From Acanthaster planci (lineage: Eukaryota), in contig NW_019091361.1 of the NCBI RefSeq assembly GCF_001949145.1, forward strand, positions 1,101,452-1,165,451: a DNA stretch of 64,000 bases. Reading direction: 5' to 3'. Below, one piece after another: positions 23,401 to 36,961 of this stretch. Under the pieces are notes generated by a model. The model saw only the letters and a list, made by a program, of their open reading frames with translations. It made no database searches and was not told the origin of the DNA. Numbering within the stretch: the first letter of the stretch is position 1; every line of letters starts with the position of its first letter. A program made the position numbers and the translations under genes.

Positions 23401-26400
23401 AAAATATGAAAAAAATCTAGCAGTTCTTGAGCAGAAATTAATGCAGTATTATGGTTCAGTGCCTGATATGGTGTCGACGTTTTGCTCAGGAATATGCAAA
23501 TTTTCACTGGCACAAGAACCCCAAAAGGCTCCAGATTAATGTAGTAAAACAAAAATAGACCACTAAGGTTTATTGAATTACAAAAGTGCTATCTCAAGGA
23601 TTGTAGTAAACTAAGCGTTGATCTAGAACATGGTCACTTTAAATGTGTAATGAGGTTTGGTCTTCACTCAGATGGTGCAACATTTATCCCTATCAACTAC
23701 TGATCAGGCTGCAGAAATTCACGACGCAACAACACTGTTAGTGACGGCGTATATTTCCAATCACCATCCGAAAAGCTCGTGGATTATTAACAAGACTCGC
23801 GCAAGGATTAGGCCTAACATTTTACAGAGATTGCAGCTGGTTTCGACAGCGCCGAGGTTTCATCTTGCCATCTGTATTCAAATTGGTAAGCACAGTCGCC
23901 ACAGTTACGGCAATCATTCTGTGGATTCTAATCCCAACATCACGCCAATTTAGGGCCTTTGAAATTACACAAGACGCTGACGACAAGCACACTCAGTGGC
24001 ATTGACGACATTACATCGATGCGATGACTCAACGTCGCGCCAATTTAATTCTGGAATATATTCGCGGGGTGCCCAATTTCAGTCGTATTCCTGAACATAT
24101 TGTATACATTTGAAATCCTTAATAGGATGGTACCAGGTGATTTGGGGGGTCGGAATGAAATCGTAGAAAAGTGTCTGGTTTAATGTTTTCAAATTCATAC
24201 ACTACGTTGGGGAACCTGGTTGAAATTGGGTGCCCCACCAATACGGTCTAGTTAGTTTAGCAGCTATCTAATAGGCCTACTTTCGTCAGCGATTCCTTCT
24301 GGAATCTTGAAGAAGCTTCCATCTCGAACTCAAAGAGACCAGACGAAATGGGGACACAGGAAATTAATATGCGCTATTTGTGATATGCAGACTGAATTCC
24401 AGACTGAGAAAGGAAACTTGTATACTTCTTTGGAGCCAGTATTAAACCTCATAAAAATTGAAAATACCCAATGCTGCATCAGCGTCCAGGAAATAGACCT
24501 AGTGAAAGTAATAGATTGTTTTGCTATTCTTCTTGAAATGTATGTCTCTTTCCAGATGCTCAATGGATTAGGTTTTTGCAGAAACGACTTGTGTGATGTT
24601 TGAGTGACGCTAATCGAAGAATCAGGGGGGGGGCGAAAGGCACACTGATATCCAACATGAAGGATAAGGTTCATTTCTCCCTCGTTTTTCTTCCTTTCCT
24701 TGACAAAGGTGTTGTACTCAAGCCCAAGTACCAAATACTGAAAGGTGTAGCTGTGTAAAATTCAGAAAATTTATAAAAAGAATCTTTTCGCGGAAACGTG
24801 TCCAAAACATTGATGCAAATGGTCCAAATGAATTGTTCTGAGCATGGCATATTTTCCACCACATGTGTTATTATGCGCTCTTACTCGGGGCACGTCCCTC
24901 CTTATTACTCAAATCGAAGCTAGCCCGTCCACCTGCATGCCTGCAACCTTGTCAATCTAGCTTTGTATGGGCCCAATGTTTCTCCTGTAAAGTTTGTGTC
25001 GAAGGAACACGACAGTGTGGCTTCTATTTTAAGGCGGCAATCGATACCTGTAAAACAAGTCCAGGTGAAGATCTTGTTTATGTTTCAGCGTTGCTGACAG
25101 CAGAATGAAAACATTCTTCTCAGGTAAGCGCCTGTTGCTCCGTTTCAGTTGGAAAGTTTGATACGGCTGCGTTTTCAGACAGCCGCGAGGCATTTCCTAG
25201 GTCCTTGTCGAGATATTTTGCTTCAGATGGGATCAGTTTGAGTGTGATGGTCTCTCAGATCGAATGCTCAGGTAGACGAGACACTGCATTGCAGCTACTT
25301 AATCCCTGTGCTATCTCTGAAAAAAGGAGATTGGTATGGTGACAGGGGTATAGACAGTTTCTGCTTGGAGGGAATACTCCAAGGACTTGTTCAATGACGC
25401 GGCAGTGGTTGATAATGATTAGGATTGACGTGTTTGCCTTGACTTCTCGAGGAGTGTGCGTATTACTACGAACGTCACCAATAAGGCAAAGTAAGCCTGA
25501 AGAGCAGCGTCATGAGTGTGCCGCTGTAGGTGTGTACGCGTTGAACTCGCTGTAGTAAGGACACCCGTACAAACAGAAGTGTTTTTTGCTTGTCACTGCT
25601 ATCAAGAAAGAAGCAACATAACATCGTCATAAATAGATATTAATGATATGAACATTGGCAGGTGACGATGACAAATTGTTGACGTGTAACTCAGACAGGA
25701 AATGCGGACGTAGAAGTATAGCCGCTTCAAATACTTATATTATGTGTTCATTTTAATGTTTGTGTCAGTTATTCTCATGTCACTCTATAATAGGCCTATA
25801 ACCTATACAATTTTCTATACCAGAGAACTTCTTCCAAATACAAAGTTAAAAAGGGATTAAGTTCCTGTTTGTCTTTATCCGCTTTTGTTGCGGAGGGCTG
25901 GTTCTGTCCTATTTGAATTTACCTTCGCGCGGGATATGATGATAAACCTGACTTGGTTTCACACTACATTTTGTATTGGAAATCCTATGCTGAGATCAAC
26001 AAATGCCAGTATACACGCTATGTGAAGTTGAGCATTGTCCGCTTATTATTTTCACGGGAGTAGTCTACCGTTACGGATCAAAATCTGTCGCCGGTGCCTT
26101 TAACCATTTGGGTGTCATGGTGTGTCAGTCTGTTGGCCTGGTCACAGACGTATATACACGAGGGTTATTGTCCACATACCCAAAATATATAATTATGTTA
26201 ACGTGCATCGGTGAGTCTAGCTCCTCTAAATACGTGCATTGAATAGTTTAGTTCCCAGACCAAGATATACCGACTGCTTTGAGAGATCTTTAGTCCAGTA
26301 GCCACCGAGGTCACGTCAGCGATACGAGAGGAACTGCTCCTATTTCCAAAATTTTCCGACATTTGAAAAATTGCCCGAATCCATTTCGTGTTTTTTTTTT

Positions 26401-26858
26401 TAGATAAAGTGCCATGAACATTTTGGTAATATTGGGTTTGTAAAAACCTATATTGGCCTAAATTGCTTCCCTTAGCAGATTCTTTATATTCATCATGTTC
26501 AGTAAGTTTCTCGTTTTATTATTTTGGTCTTCACTTTTGGTCAACTTTTATTACGGGCCTTCTTACCGATGGAGGTTCCTCTGGTCGTAACTGAACTTCG
26601 TTGGTTCACGAACGACCAGGATTGAAACGCAAGCGCTACGGTTGCATCGCTACCAACAAACTGAACACTCCCGACCAACGGCGCTCTTTTCAACTGATGA
26701 GGGGATTCCAAGTGCTTAAAAACTCACGTGCTTGTGCTGCACCTTAATTTACACGGGACATCCTGTCAGCTGTCATAATTACGTCAGGAATCCAGACTAG
26801 TGCATCAACAAAGAAAACGCTCGTTGAGGTGGAAAAAGAAGTGAAAGGTGTTGTACGG

Positions 26859-27038
26859 AATAAGGGCGATTCACAATAGCGGGCTTCCAAGAGTTTGCAA
26901 CGCGTTGGCCAATCACAATGCGCGACTGAATCTGTCGACCCTTTCCAAACGCACATTGGGTCGACAGATTTCGCGCATTGTGATATATGCCAATGCGTTG
27001 CAAACTCTTGGGGTGCGCTAATGTGAAACGCCCGTATT
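26859..27038. mobile_element. Palindromic MITE, family A copy 2
   Basis: Shares CAAGAGTTTGCAACGCGTTGGCCAATCACA...CCCTTTCCAAACGC.CATTGGGTCGACAGATTTCGCGC with copy 1. Has terminal inverted repeats. Confidence 0.8.
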
Positions 27039-30000
27039 GGTAACACACTCTTTGAGTTATTCAGCTCGTACCCCGCCATGTATACCTCATAAATTGTGTT
27101 ATGTCTCCGTTGCAAAATTTTTGATAGCCTGCAGTTTTTTAAAGTTTTTTAAAATTATGTATTGGTGGCAGTAGGAGTTAAACTGCTGAGTATATTTGAA
27201 GCAAAAAGCTTCAAGTTGTCGATATATGTTTGATCGAAGCTTTGCCTTGTTGAGCAAGCCCTTATCTTTTGGAGGGAGATGGGTGCATAAATGCCGTATG
27301 GCTTCTGGTCAAATACTACGTGCATTGCCAGATCTTCACGGGCGAAACGAAAAATCAATAAACAGCCATTAAGTACAGGCCCGTCTTGGTCTTACCTACA
27401 TCAAACACCTGAAAACAATTCGGGATCTGTGCGTGATGAACATCCTAAACTGCTGCCAAGAGCCAGCATGTGTTATATTTCAGGGTCGGGCTGAAAGGGG
27501 CTTGTCAAAAACATCCTTTTGAAATGTCTTTTGAGGATAGTTCCGTACACACAGTCATTCTCCACCCCCATAAACCGAGGTAAAAAGAGCAAAGCAGACT
27601 GTTTCAAGATTTAACGAACTAAAATCAAGGCCAGATAATTACTATGCCTCCCAATATTCGGGGGCCTACGGTGTTACAAAGATACTGTAATGCCATATTG
27701 TACACACGAAATAAAAGTTTAAATTAAAAGCTTCGGCGTCTCTCTCTAAGTTTTCTGAAATTTCGATTTTGAGAAGGCTTCAAACTATAGCTATAGTTTT
27801 GTGCAGCTTGGCATCAGCATAAAAAGCAAGGTCACGGTATACGTAGGGCAGAGAAGAGCACACGGAACACTGGTTTCTGAAGGGCCAAAGGAATTGCCGA
27901 ACGGAGGACTTAACCTCCTTACAAGTCAACGACCGCGAAGGCCAGTCAAGCACAATATCTATTCCCTTAGTCAATCCCGTCATTCAGTGGTCGTCGATAG
28001 GCTTGTCATTCAGGTTTAATGGTTTGTTTGATAGGTACAGCACTGAATGTCAAGTGGCCAACCGTACAAGAAACAATAAAATCAAAGCAAACACTAATTA
28101 TCAGTACATCTTCCAGCATCCTGTTTTCAAGGTATCCCGCTTAGATCTACTGCGGGAGAGACAATTAGGCCTAAGTAGGCCTAAATCAAATTAGCTTTTG
28201 ATGAAGTTTTTGATTGTCAAGTCACGTCAGGCGTCTTTTAGTTCGTGTCATCTGCCTCTCTTTAACCATCCACGATCAATCAGGAAAACAGGCTTCACAT
28301 TATCGTCCCCCGTTTTTCCGATTTATATTGCGTTGCATTCTGACGTGACATCCTCGATTTCCACTTTGTTAAACTGCACCTTCCAACTCTACCCTCGGAC
28401 ATCTCTCAATATTACGCGTCCTCATATTGACATGTTTTTACGGAGAAAACTGATACAGTTTCCATTTGCGTGAAGTGAGCACTTCCGGCAAAATGACGCG
28501 TCTAAACTGAATCATGGTAGCTAAAAACATGCAAAAATTTTCAGGACTACCGGTATTCAATCATTACAAAGGCCGATCTTGTATTTGTGAGCTGGTTGAA
28601 AGTAGGCCTAATAATTTGAGTGTGAAGACTGTGTTAATGCAATGAACAGTAGCCGTGGATATTATCCCTTCATGTTTTTAAATATAAAATTGTCAGGCTG
28701 TCAAATGGACATAAAACAGATCGATACACAGTACATCTCTACGAAGGAAAATCAAGATCATCGACCCGTTACAGAGCTTTTTAATCTAATAACTCTTCCG
28801 AAGAGACATTACTTTGCATAAATTCTTCTTTCCTCAGAAATAGGTTGGGGTATTTGCGGTGGTAACTTTGTTGCCTTGGACCTCTAACATGCATTGTGGA
28901 CGCGTTTTTAATTATAGGGAAATCACATACAAATGACAATTATGTTAAATTCGATCGTACTGATTGAAATCCAGAGTTTCTAGTCAAATGTTAGATGGAC
29001 CTTAATTGCCAAAGCGATTTCGGTTTGTAGAATGACAGACTTTAGACTAACAACGATGTCTGCTTTAAAACCATAACAACTCCTGTTTCTCAACAATGAC
29101 ACTGTTGATGCACGAACAAATTGCCATTTTTTAGTCAATAATTTAAAGAATCTAGTGACGTAGAGTACGTGACTATAGTCTCAATAATTAAAATGATAAT
29201 AAACTTCAGAATGTGCATTCAAGGAATAATCATCATATTGAACCTTTGAAACAGCTTTGAGATTTTATGAGCAGCAATCGCAGACATACGGAATGCCACA
29301 CTACAATTAACAAAATTAAGATAAGATCTGGCTGGGGATATTAAAAGATAATTGCGGCATCTATGAAATGCGACAGTTTTGAGTTTGTGCGGTGATTAAT
29401 AATAAGCCATCAAGAAATATGACTCGCCATCCATAACCACCGGTCATTAATCATAAAAAAAATCCAAAGTGCTTTTTAAATTATGCTTCAAAGGAGCTGC
29501 TCGCGCCCTATTTGACGCAAAATAGTTCCAGAACCCTCCAAGGACTGATTCGTAACATCTCCAGCGCGCACGTTGGTATGAAGGGAAGCCAACGGCCATG
29601 TCACCCAATAAAAAGGCAATTAATAATTAAATGTAATTATAACAAAGAAAACGATCACTTCCCTCCCATCACAAAGCGTTTCAAGTCCCTAGGATTTTGT
29701 CCCATCCTCGGAGAACCCATAAAAGGTTACGTAAAGAAACTACCCACGTTTTGCTCCATGCCCCGTAAATTCGGTTCTGTATCCGCCCTTACCCGCACGC
29801 TCTTGCAACCCAACCCATTGCTGACGCTGGTGTGTGACTCCTCCCTGAAAAGCGACCCCAAAGCAAGACTTATTGTCTCCCAAAACAACTGTCATATTTT
29901 TTGGTTTTGGGTATCAAATTGAATCTTAAAACCTTGTTCTTTTTAAAAATGAAGATTTCATCCGATGGTGCGTTGCCGAGATAATCTCAAATAACCGAGA

Positions 30001-30193
30001 CAACTGATTTTTGTTTTGTTTTGTGGAATGTGAATTACCACAGCAATCGAAATACTGTGTTGCACCATTTTAATACCCTTCAACACATGCGATCATTGGA
30101 AAGGCCTATAGAATGAGGATACGGAACTGAACAGGATTCTGTTCTCTTATGATAAAATCGCACTTACGTTCTATTAACAATCAGGATCCTGAA

Positions 30194-30494
30194 CGGCGGC
30201 GTATCCAGCTATTGGCGTGTTTTTTTTTGGGGGGGGGGCAAATTTAAACGTGAATGCGGCTATGGGCTCATTCAGCATGATGTTTTGGGGAGAAAAAAAT
30301 CAAAAGCTTTCCATACGGCCTCGACATCCTTGCTTTTTTTTAGTGGTGTTGTTATTGAACGGTTTTGGTGCTAATATTTGATAAATAAGTATGCTGGTTA
30401 CTTTCCTACTCACCTATGAAGGATTATTTTAAAAAAAAAAATCCGCCCGAGGGGCAAGTTGCCACCCCATTGGCCCCCGCTGGATACGCCACTG
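30194..30494. mobile_element. hAT-type MITE
   Basis: TIR CGGCGGCGTATCCAGC...GCTGGATACGCCACTG. 8-bp TSD ATCCTGAA/ATCATAAA (6/8). Confidence 0.7.
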
Positions 30495-31685
30495 ATCATA
30501 AAATTTATTGTTCAAAGCACAGCACTGTGTTGCAAATCGACTGGGGTAAATGGCACATATTCAACTGAGGTTGTTTTCTCCAAAACCGGAAAGCCAATCA
30601 AACTCTGAAACTGAGCAATTAAATAAGCAACCATTGCCTCTTGAAAAAAGTATCAGTTTCCTGAAGTTAGAAATTCTAAGGAAGTGATGAACCTAAACAG
30701 TTTAAGACGTGAATTTTAATTGAATGCACTTCCAATGTACTTCCAAAATAAACTGTTCAAACTTTCATTTGAGAGAAAAAAATTGAGTTTTGATACGTAA
30801 AGAAAAATATCTCCGTAATGCGAAACTAGCTTCATTGAAATTTTCAGTATAAGTGTAAGCTTTAATTTGGTATCAAATCATTGTTTTTATCCTTACTTTG
30901 GGAAAGATTAATGTTACGCGTGGGTTGTGTTTGTTTGGGCCACACCGTACACCATGCAGCATGACCGCCTGGTCACCACGTTCACCTTACATTTCATCGG
31001 ACCGTGAGCAGTGAAAGGCTTTTCATAAAAAGGCTAATCCGTCGTTCTGTTCTCACGCTGCAATCAACTGAAGTCCAATTTCCCGGACTATGCCCTTCAT
31101 TCTTTACAAGAGGAGACATTCTTTCAGTTTTTATGCAGAAAAAAATGCTGATGTTCAAGTAAAATTTTTGGTTTGAAGTGCCATCAGTTGGCAAATGTCA
31201 CGCGTCCAATTTGGCCAGTTAATTGCGCCGAGTCTGGTTCGATTTGTTTGCAGACGCGTTGAAGCGGTGAATGACGTACCCTATGTCATCTTAACACAAC
31301 ACTGCTCATTATTGTACTGTACAGACCACTGAGCATGAGATTTTATTAAGACCTGGATCGCTTCCCAGGTTCCCCGAGGGATGAATGTGACCGGGAATTG
31401 GATCAAGCAGTCTCCGCTGGACTCTTCATCACGCGTCCCACTTGTCAAGAGAAATGTAGGGGGTCCCCTTGTCTTTGCGGGAAGGCTGACCTGAGGAATT
31501 TGACTGAATGTTGACGTCTTTGGTTGACAGTAATTTTTTTTTAAAGGTGGTATTGGTAAAAATGCAAAGGCGGATCAGGGGGCAACGGAGACCAGAGAAA
31601 ATGTGTTTTAATTGGAAAAATGTGTAGAGGAGGCAATACTAAGACTATTGTATTTGTATTTAAAAATATTATGTGCCGGTATATA

Positions 31686-31923
31686 CACTGTAAAAACTTG
31701 GGTGTTAAAATCAACACTTTTGGGTGTTATCAGATGATCACACCATAGGGTATTACTTTTACATTGATAATGTTACTTTGCACACCTATAAGTGTTACAG
31801 TGCACTAGAAGGTGTTACAAGTAACACCAAATAACACCAAAATTTTAACACCAGTGAAAAGTTTTGGTGTAGTCTTCTGATAACACCGCGGGTGTTAAGT
31901 TTAACACCCCAGTTTTTGCAGTG
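31686..31923. mobile_element. Non-autonomous DNA transposon, CACTG termini with TA TSD (EnSpm/CACTA- or Tc1-like)
   Basis: TA|CACTGTAAAAACTTGGGTGTTAAA...TTTAACACCCCAGTTTTTGCAGTG|TA, with internal GGTGTT/AACACC subrepeats. Confidence 0.85.
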
Positions 31924-32335
31924 TAAAGCTCCAACATGACCCCCCCCCCGCGAAAGGTTACGAAGTTCCTCCCTGCGAAAGGTAATATGAAAATGGCACA
32001 TTTTGGCGCCTAAAAATAAGTTGGGCGTCCCCTCGAATATGTGGTCTTGGGTCTGCCCTTTGTACAATGTGGCTTGCCTAGATGAAGCACTTCAACGGAG
32101 CAGTACAGTTAGTTACTAAAGTGAGGTTTCATTTTAACTCACCCAAGATTTCCTCCCGACGCGGTATTTTTTCCCTACCCAATCGGGGTCAGTAAGTAGA
32201 ACGTGCAGTGTTCGTTTTCCAAAAATGGGTTTGAGTATATTCACTTGGTTTCTATATTCTGTCCTCAGATGTCTTAAGGAGACGCATCAGAGTAAGTTAT
32301 AAACCATGAGCTAGAACACATCTTGAAAGGTCAAC

Positions 32336-33361
32336 ATGAGTTATAAACTGGTAACAGTCAGCCCCACCCAAGATGGCGATATGGAACGAGAAACTTCGAA
32401 CAACGAAACTGACAGCAACTCGCCATACGGACCTCAAGCTCGAATTGCTACGCTTTGGATACTCTTTGTTGTGGGAAGTTTGGGTAACTTGTTGGTTTTT
32501 GTCTGGCTCTATTTATTTCGCCGACGGCGATCCCGTCTATACAGGATCGTGTTCGGCATCTCCGTCGCTGACATGTGCGTGTGCATCTTCAACGTGCTCA
32601 TCAGCGCCATTTTGGAATTGCAGGGCACCAGCTGGTTAGCGGGTAACGTGGTCTGTAAACTTGTGATGTACATGCAGAGCGTGAGCTTAATGGCGTCCAG
32701 CAACATGGTAGTCCTGTTGGCAGTTGACAGGCATCAAGCCGTGAGGAACCCACTCAAAAAGGGCTACTCCCTCAAAGTCGGAATAGCAGTGGCCTGGGGG
32801 TGCGCATTGTTTTTTTCCATTCTGCAACTCTTCATTTGGTATCAGAAGGAAACGGATACCTTAAAGACCTGCTCCACCTCCTTTCCCGATCCTGTCTCTC
32901 GTTGGAAAGTCGCCTACATTACGTACGCTGCCGTCGTCAGCCTCCTTATTCCCTTCATTGTTGTTACCATTGCCTACATTCGCATTTCCAAGCACGTCTG
33001 GGTTCGCGCGTCGGGAGCTGGTTTGCGTAATTCCATCGAGACGACGACCGTTTACTCCAACGGGAACCAGCTAAACCTGAGGGTGACCTCCTCGGCCTTG
33101 TTCAATAAGGCAAAGAACAAGACCCTCACAATGTCCACGGTAATCATTGTAGTATTCATGGCTTGCGGCCTGCCATACTTCATCGTGGAGATCATCAGGT
33201 CGTACAACTCAGATATTGCGATTGACCAGAATGTGTATGCCGTTCTCGGCACTTTCGCGGTGTCCAATTCGGCGGTGAATCCCTACATTTTCCTCGTGTT
33301 CAATTTAGGAAGTCGCGGAAGAATGACTAGGGACCGGCGAACTTCCTCAACAGTAACCTAA
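32336..33361 (+). CDS. Class A 7TM GPCR, vasopressin/oxytocin/GnRH-receptor branch, GPR150-like
   Basis: 341-aa ORF with 7 hydrophobic segments. Motifs: TM1 GN, TM2 VADMCV, WLAGNVVCK, DRH, TM4 W, ECL2 Cys, KAKNKTLTMS, CGLPYF, SNSAVNPYIF. Blocks ASSNMVVLLAVDRHQAVRNP and FMACGLPYF resemble vertebrate GPR150 (from memory). A splice acceptor TTCTGTCCTCAG at 32268 precedes the ATG. Confidence 0.92.
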   Translation: MSYKLVTVSPTQDGDMERETSNNETDSNSPYGPQARIATLWILFVVGSLGNLLVFVWLYLFRRRRSRLYRIVFGISVADMCVCIFNVLISAILELQGTSWLAGNVVCKLVMYMQSVSLMASSNMVVLLAVDRHQAVRNPLKKGYSLKVGIAVAWGCALFFSILQLFIWYQKETDTLKTCSTSFPDPVSRWKVAYITYAAVVSLLIPFIVVTIAYIRISKHVWVRASGAGLRNSIETTTVYSNGNQLNLRVTSSALFNKAKNKTLTMSTVIIVVFMACGLPYFIVEIIRSYNSDIAIDQNVYAVLGTFAVSNSAVNPYIFLVFNLGSRGRMTRDRRTSSTVT

Positions 33362-33838
33362 TGGTGTAATGGAATAATTTTTCTTACTAAGTCCATCGCT
33401 GTGGCTATTTTTCGGTACAGTTGAAAAGATGGACTAGGAGGAGGCAAGATGGATTACAAGTATTGAAAGGGCTTAGTTCAAAAATTATTTTGTTCATTTA
33501 AGCTGGCAATGCAGTTTAAGTTCACGCTGCACGATCCGAACAACTAAATGGTTTGGACATCATTGTCATAGATGGGAGATTCTTACTTTGAAGTGATGAA
33601 TACATGAATTGTAATGCGAGGGAAAGGAATAACGCTGAATAACAATGGGGAAAGAAATCTGTCAAAGCACAGCCGTGCAAGGTTAAAACGAGGGTTCACT
33701 TTGAGGCACGATGGACATGATTAGAATGAGGTTGAAACGCAGTGGGTATATTTTAAACTGAGAAACGGGCATTTTAACCCAATAGATTTTCCCAGCGTCG
33801 TGCTGAAGAAAACCCTCAACCTTTTCCAGGCAAGAGAG

Positions 33839-34123
33839 GCACCCGATCCGACTACCCACCGCTACTTATAAGTGAGGTCTGTGCAGCAAAATAGCCATGC
33901 TCTAACTCTGGTGCTAATATATTATCGTATGATACAATACAGTAGGCAAGCTTATAAGTGAGGCTTGTTCGAGCCTTCTGCTTCCAAATTTTGTTGACGC
34001 TGACAAGCCTCACTTATAAATGTACCACTGTTATACAATAATATATTAGCATCACAGTTCTTGCAGGCTATTTTGCTGCACAGGCCTCGCTTATAAGTAG
34101 CAGTGGGTAGTCGGATCGGGTGC
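33839..34123. mobile_element. Fold-back MITE about 480 bp downstream of the GPCR stop codon
   Basis: Arms of about 120-130 bp: GCACCCGATCCGACTACCCAC.GCTACTTATAAG...CTTATAAGTAGC.GTGGGTAGTCGGATCGGGTGC. Confidence 0.85.
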
Positions 34124-34199
34124 GAAAGTTTACTGGAAATTTGTCTTCTGTCACTGAGTTGCATTTGTGGATTATTCACTTGATATTAAATGGTACCAC

Positions 34200-34660
34200 T
34201 TTAAAAGCCTGTCTTCTAACCTGGATACAGTTGTAAAATGCCACCACAGAAAGTGAAAAAGTCTGTGCGTCTTTGTCTTGAAGGAAATCCCAAGAGTAGT
34301 AAATTAGGAGCGCAAAAGGGACATGCTGTGGTTTAGTATGATTATGAAGTAAATTCAAGGATGGTAAATATTGATAATGGGGTAGTTTAATGATGATGGA
34401 ATGTTGATGAAAGGCTGAGAAGAGTAAAAAAAAATGAAGAAATTTCAAGAATTTGAAACGGAAAGGTGATAATCGTGGTGATGAAGTTGAATGATTATTT
34501 TGTCGGAGCATGTGCAGGGAATGTTCATATTGAAGGTGATGGCAGAGGGTGGTGTAGAGGTATGGGACTGATGAGGATGTGGCGGTTTGTTGGGATGAAG
34601 GAGCTGTTGGAATTAGTGTGTTGCTGGTAATGGTGTCGGGATCCAGTGTCAGGGATCGTG
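34200..34660 (-). mobile_element. Possible decayed Penelope-like RT fragment
   Basis: Purine-skewed segment. The minus strand gives VPYLYTTL (cf. DVTSLYTNI) and later DK...LWW (cf. P..WWRFIDD) at roughly the expected spacing. Weak. Confidence 0.25.
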
Positions 34661-36093
34661 CCTGTGAGAAACACAAGCTTGATAATGATAAAATTGTAAC
34701 TGCGAATAGTTGGAAAAAGTCAAATAGTTGACATCGCAAACAGTTACTTTCCACTTCAAGACCGATTCATACTTGGCGCAAAAGCGAACACAAACACGTC
34801 AGACCAAATAATCGCGCTGCGAATTCGCAACAGTTGAACCCATTTCAACTCAAGTGATATTGTAATGCAAATCTTCCGTGACTTCAAAATTTGCTTCGCT
34901 TTCACAATCACCTGTAGTATAAACAAGCATTTTGTAAATTTTGTAATTTCGCAGATTGTCTCTAATGAAAAAAAGATACCATGAACAAAAGACATGATTA
35001 GTCATAGTAGTCGTGAAAAGGGGTGTGCAATTATTACCATGTCGAACTCAGGACAATAACACGTGTGGAAACGGCGTGCGACATCGAATTTCGTACGATG
35101 ATTATAACGCATGAGTAAAATGTTTTAGATATCTCTAGTGTGTTATACTTCATTAATCAACTTTCTGCTTTTTTGTGACTTTGCTGGTAAGTAATATCTT
35201 GTTGCATGTTTGCCAACGGTGTTCGATTGAAATTGAAAAAAAAAGAATCTGTGGTTATATTCTGTAAAATCTGATATATATTAATATGTGTTTCATATTT
35301 TAAATTACAATTCATAAGTTTTAGATAACAGTGCTGAATGAGAAAACGGTATAGCAATTGTCATTCACTAACAAATCACAAATCTTCAGAAGTGCGAAGT
35401 GGAAGATCATCAACCACTTGCGCGCGTTAAATTTTCTACTTTAAACCGTACAGTTTCTTTCACAAAAATGATTGAAGCATACATATCGTGTAAATAAAAA
35501 AAATTAATGCATGTTGACTTTTAATCACGAAACCGTCATCTGATGATTTTCCTACAAGTTTTTAACTCTTTGAATTTATTCCACTAATTTCTATAATTTC
35601 AAGAGTGCCACTTGTGTCTTTGCATTCGTCAGCGTGCTCATTACAAGTTTAGGAACTTGAGACCCAAAAGACGGATTTAGACCGTTACGGATTTCACGGC
35701 CAAATCAGCAGCCCCTTCCAAACGGTTCACGTTTCGAAGCTATCCCCTGGATTGTTACTGTTATTTTGCATTTGCGGGGTTGCTTTCTACTGACTGCGTG
35801 CACACCTTACAAGGAGCAGCGTCTTTAAATATTTCCCGGTTTTAACTTTTTTGATGTATGATCTTTCATTATCTATTTACGGACGATTTGATTTTCATGA
35901 GTTTGGTGTTGGTTAGACATAGCGGGCTGGCTTTTAGTCAAGGTCTTAGCTATAGGATAAATTAACTTTACCGTGGCACACTGAGTGCTGCAGCTGGACA
36001 AAAGACTATAAAAAAACTATTCACAGCCTTCGCCGCGGTTGCAGATGTGGCCGCCTGTAAATTGACTGGCGCGATAGTCTTTACTCAGGTGCT

Positions 36094-36317
36094 CAGTGGC
36101 GAAACCAGAATTTGTTGTTGGGGTCTCGGACCATTACCATTACTTGATATTCAAGTCCCCCCCCCACACACACACTGAAACACACACCCAGCGTGACACA
36201 GGGGACTGTAATTTGCAACTATATCGAAGCTAGTACAATGTAGTTTGAGATGTACAGTACATTATATCTTTGTTAGAATCCATCCTGGGGGCTCAACCCC
36301 TCCCCCTTGCACCACTG
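36094..36317. mobile_element. hAT-type MITE (degenerate)
   Basis: CAGTGGCGAAACC...CCCCTTGCACCACTG termini. No clear TSD. Confidence 0.5.
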
Positions 36318-36598
36318 CAAGCAAGCGATGTGTTTGCCGCGCGTTGATTTAAATTGACTGATCGCTGCGATCGTTATAACTGAAGACTACAACGGGCAAA
36401 AAGTAAGCACTTTGGACATGGCATCTGTGCAAGAGTCAGGCCTGTTCCTAATTGCACATGCAAGCTGTCAAAGAATTCTGCAAATTAGAAGAGGGAAGTA
36501 GCCTATTGTGTTCATTCTAGAGTTATCTAAATACAGATTTTTACAAATCGTTGCTCTTGTAATTGATCTTCTTTTCCGACGGCATCGGATGACACATC

Positions 36599-36961
36599 CA
36601 GTGGCGTAAATTTGTGCCGGAAATTGAGTGGGGGGGGGGGGGGGGGGGGGAAAGGCGGGGGGACACGAAAAATTGAAAAGNGGGACACAATATGACTCTA
36701 TTTAGAGGTAGATGTTCATGATATTAATGTACATGTGAATTCATAAGGGCATTTTCATGGCTTTCTAACATTGTTTTCCCCTTTTTTGAGTGATACTGAA
36801 TGCATTGTATTCGTTGGAAGTCTGCAAAAAATTCTTCACAATCCACTTTAATTTTTTACTCACCACAAAAAGTGTGTGTGTAGGGGGGTGATTCAATAGC
36901 CTATCTCTTACCTCAAAGTGGGGGGACATATACCCCTACCCCCCCGGGATTTACGCCCATG
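36599..36961. mobile_element. hAT-type MITE
   Basis: TIR CAGTGGCGTAAAT...ATTTACGCCCATG. 8-bp TSD GACACATC/GACGCATC (7/8). Contains a poly-G run and an N at 36681. Confidence 0.8.

Noticed and set aside
34176..34754. 192-aa ORF as a secreted or membrane protein gene
   Set aside because: Low-complexity, no recognisable domain, non-ATG start. Better explained as a decayed repeat.
36629..36690. Long poly-G tract as a G-quadruplex element
   Set aside because: It lies inside a MITE subterminus next to an N base, so its length may be an assembly artefact.
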